A model generated the notes under the pieces. That model was not told the origin of the DNA. It ran no database searches and saw nothing but the letters and a program-made list of their open reading frames with translations. A stretch of DNA of 64,000 bases, from the IMG/VR virus record IMGVR_UViG_3300045988_174509. The stretch is one strand, 5' to 3'. The DNA comes from a virus. Shown piece after piece: positions 63,484-64,000 of the stretch. A program made the position numbers and the translations under genes. The first letter of the stretch is position 1, and each line of letters begins with the position of its first letter.

Positions 63484-64000
63484 ATGAGCAAAACCAAAAT
63501 TAAGTTTGAGTTCACGGGAGAAACGATGGAGTTCTTTGGGCACACCCTTCGCCGCATCGTTTGTGTTACAGCCTTCGGCTCTATTGCCGCAGGACAGATT
63601 GGCGGATGGATTGAATCCGAGAAGAATTTGAAGCAGGTGTCCGGGAATGCCTGGGTGTCCGGTGATGCCAAGGTGTACGGGAATGCCAAGGTGTCCGGTG
63701 ATGCCGAGGTGTACGGTGATGCCGAGGTGTACGGGAATGCCAAGGTGTCCGGGAATGCCTGGGTGTACGGGAATGCCAAGGTGTACGGGAATGCCAAGGT
63801 GTCCGGTGATGCCGAGGTGTACGGTGATGCCGAGGTGTACGGGAATGCCAAGGTGTCCGGGAATGCCTGGGTGTACGGGAATGCCAAGGTGTACGGGAAT
63901 GCCAAGGTGTCCGGTGATGCCGAGGTGTACGGTGATGCCGAGGTGTACGGGAATGCCAAGGTGTCCGGGAATGCCTGGGTGTACGGGAATGCCAAGGTGT
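63484..64000 (+). CDS. hexapeptide-repeat (left-handed beta-helix-like) protein, 5' partial, built from perfect 108-bp tandem repeats
   Basis: ATG at 63484 with no stop before the window end (not in the track). N-terminus MSKTKIKFEFTGETMEFFGHTLRRI, then G(N/D)A(K/E/W)V(S/Y) hexapeptides. The long - strand ORF here is the antisense of the repeat. Confidence 0.5.
   Translation, partial: MSKTKIKFEFTGETMEFFGHTLRRIVCVTAFGSIAAGQIGGWIESEKNLKQVSGNAWVSGDAKVYGNAKVSGDAEVYGDAEVYGNAKVSGNAWVYGNAKVYGNAKVSGDAEVYGDAEVYGNAKVSGNAWVYGNAKVYGNAKVSGDAEVYGDAEVYGNAKVSGNAWVYGNAKV
63679..64000 (+). repeat. perfect 108-bp tandem repeat, ~3 copies to window end (each = 6 x 18-nt hexapeptide units)
   Basis: Units 63679-63786, 63787-63894, and 63895-64000 (partial) are identical. 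The unit encodes GNAKVS GDAEVY GDAEVY GNAKVS GNAWVY GNAKVY. Confidence 0.8.

Noticed and set aside
63321-63995. 224-aa - strand ORF (AFPYT... repeats).
   Set aside because: It is the antisense reading of the 108-bp tandem repeat. The + strand frame has an ATG at 63484 with an upstream promoter and terminator, and it encodes canonical hexapeptide repeats.
1-64000. Integrase/attachment site, diversity-generating retroelement (reverse transcriptase plus TR/VR), toxin-antitoxin pair, alternative genetic code.
   Set aside because: No tyrosine or serine recombinase motifs, and no reverse-transcriptase YxDD motif, in any ORF. The long ORFs are intact under the standard code, so stop-codon reassignment is not needed. 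Absence within this window does not exclude presence elsewhere in the replicon.

Overview
The window is a 64 kb, ~55% GC, gene-dense (~90% coding) stretch that reads as most of a tailed dsDNA phage genome or prophage. No integrase, rRNA, tRNA or CRISPR array is evident. Layout, by coordinate:
- (i) 1-22.5 kb, + strand, late region. Two putative glycosyltransferases, then a lysis cassette (PG-binding/GH108-like endolysin, holin-like membrane protein), large virion proteins, and a giant ~3,390-aa protein (12331..22500) carrying an HExxH zincin motif and followed by a UUCG-loop terminator.
- (ii) 23.1-33.3 kb, - strand, a block of ~18 small genes of unknown function. It includes an Xis-like HTH protein, a Cys-rich Zn-finger protein, a winged-helix regulator, an 8x tandem-HTH protein and a strongly acidic 108-aa first gene. 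Many are preceded by a recurring 14-nt motif (minus-strand sense TTTAGAATCTCAAC) and/or GC-rich hairpins with a conserved A-rich leader.
- (iii) 33.3-35.5 kb, a non-coding, repeat-dense divergent control region that is origin-like: GGTTCAGGG iterons, a ~130-bp direct repeat x2, a GC-rich alternating Pu/Py tract, (AT)7 plus an AT-rich block, and an 8.7x phased 12-bp A-tract array.
- (iv) 35.5-46.6 kb, + strand, replication/recombination module: AEP primase fused to a D5-like SF3 helicase, family-A DNA polymerase with 3'-5' exonuclease, SNF2-like helicase, Cas4/RecB-like PD-(D/E)xK nuclease with the DYKTG motif, and a RuvC-like resolvase. Three tandem promoter-terminator units without ORFs (38.57-39.15 kb) are candidate small RNAs.
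- (v) 46.6-64 kb, + strand, packaging and morphogenesis: large terminase, portal, scaffold, major capsid gene bracketed by terminators, a tail-fibre-like protein, and two paralogous small genes. One of these carries an in-frame C16 homopolymer. The window ends inside a hexapeptide-repeat gene made of perfect 108-bp tandem repeats.
Sigma70-like TTGACA/G-N14-18-TGnTATGTT/TATAGT promoters and canonical hairpin+T-run terminators punctuate the + strand modules. All functional calls are from motifs visible in the translations; none is database-verified.
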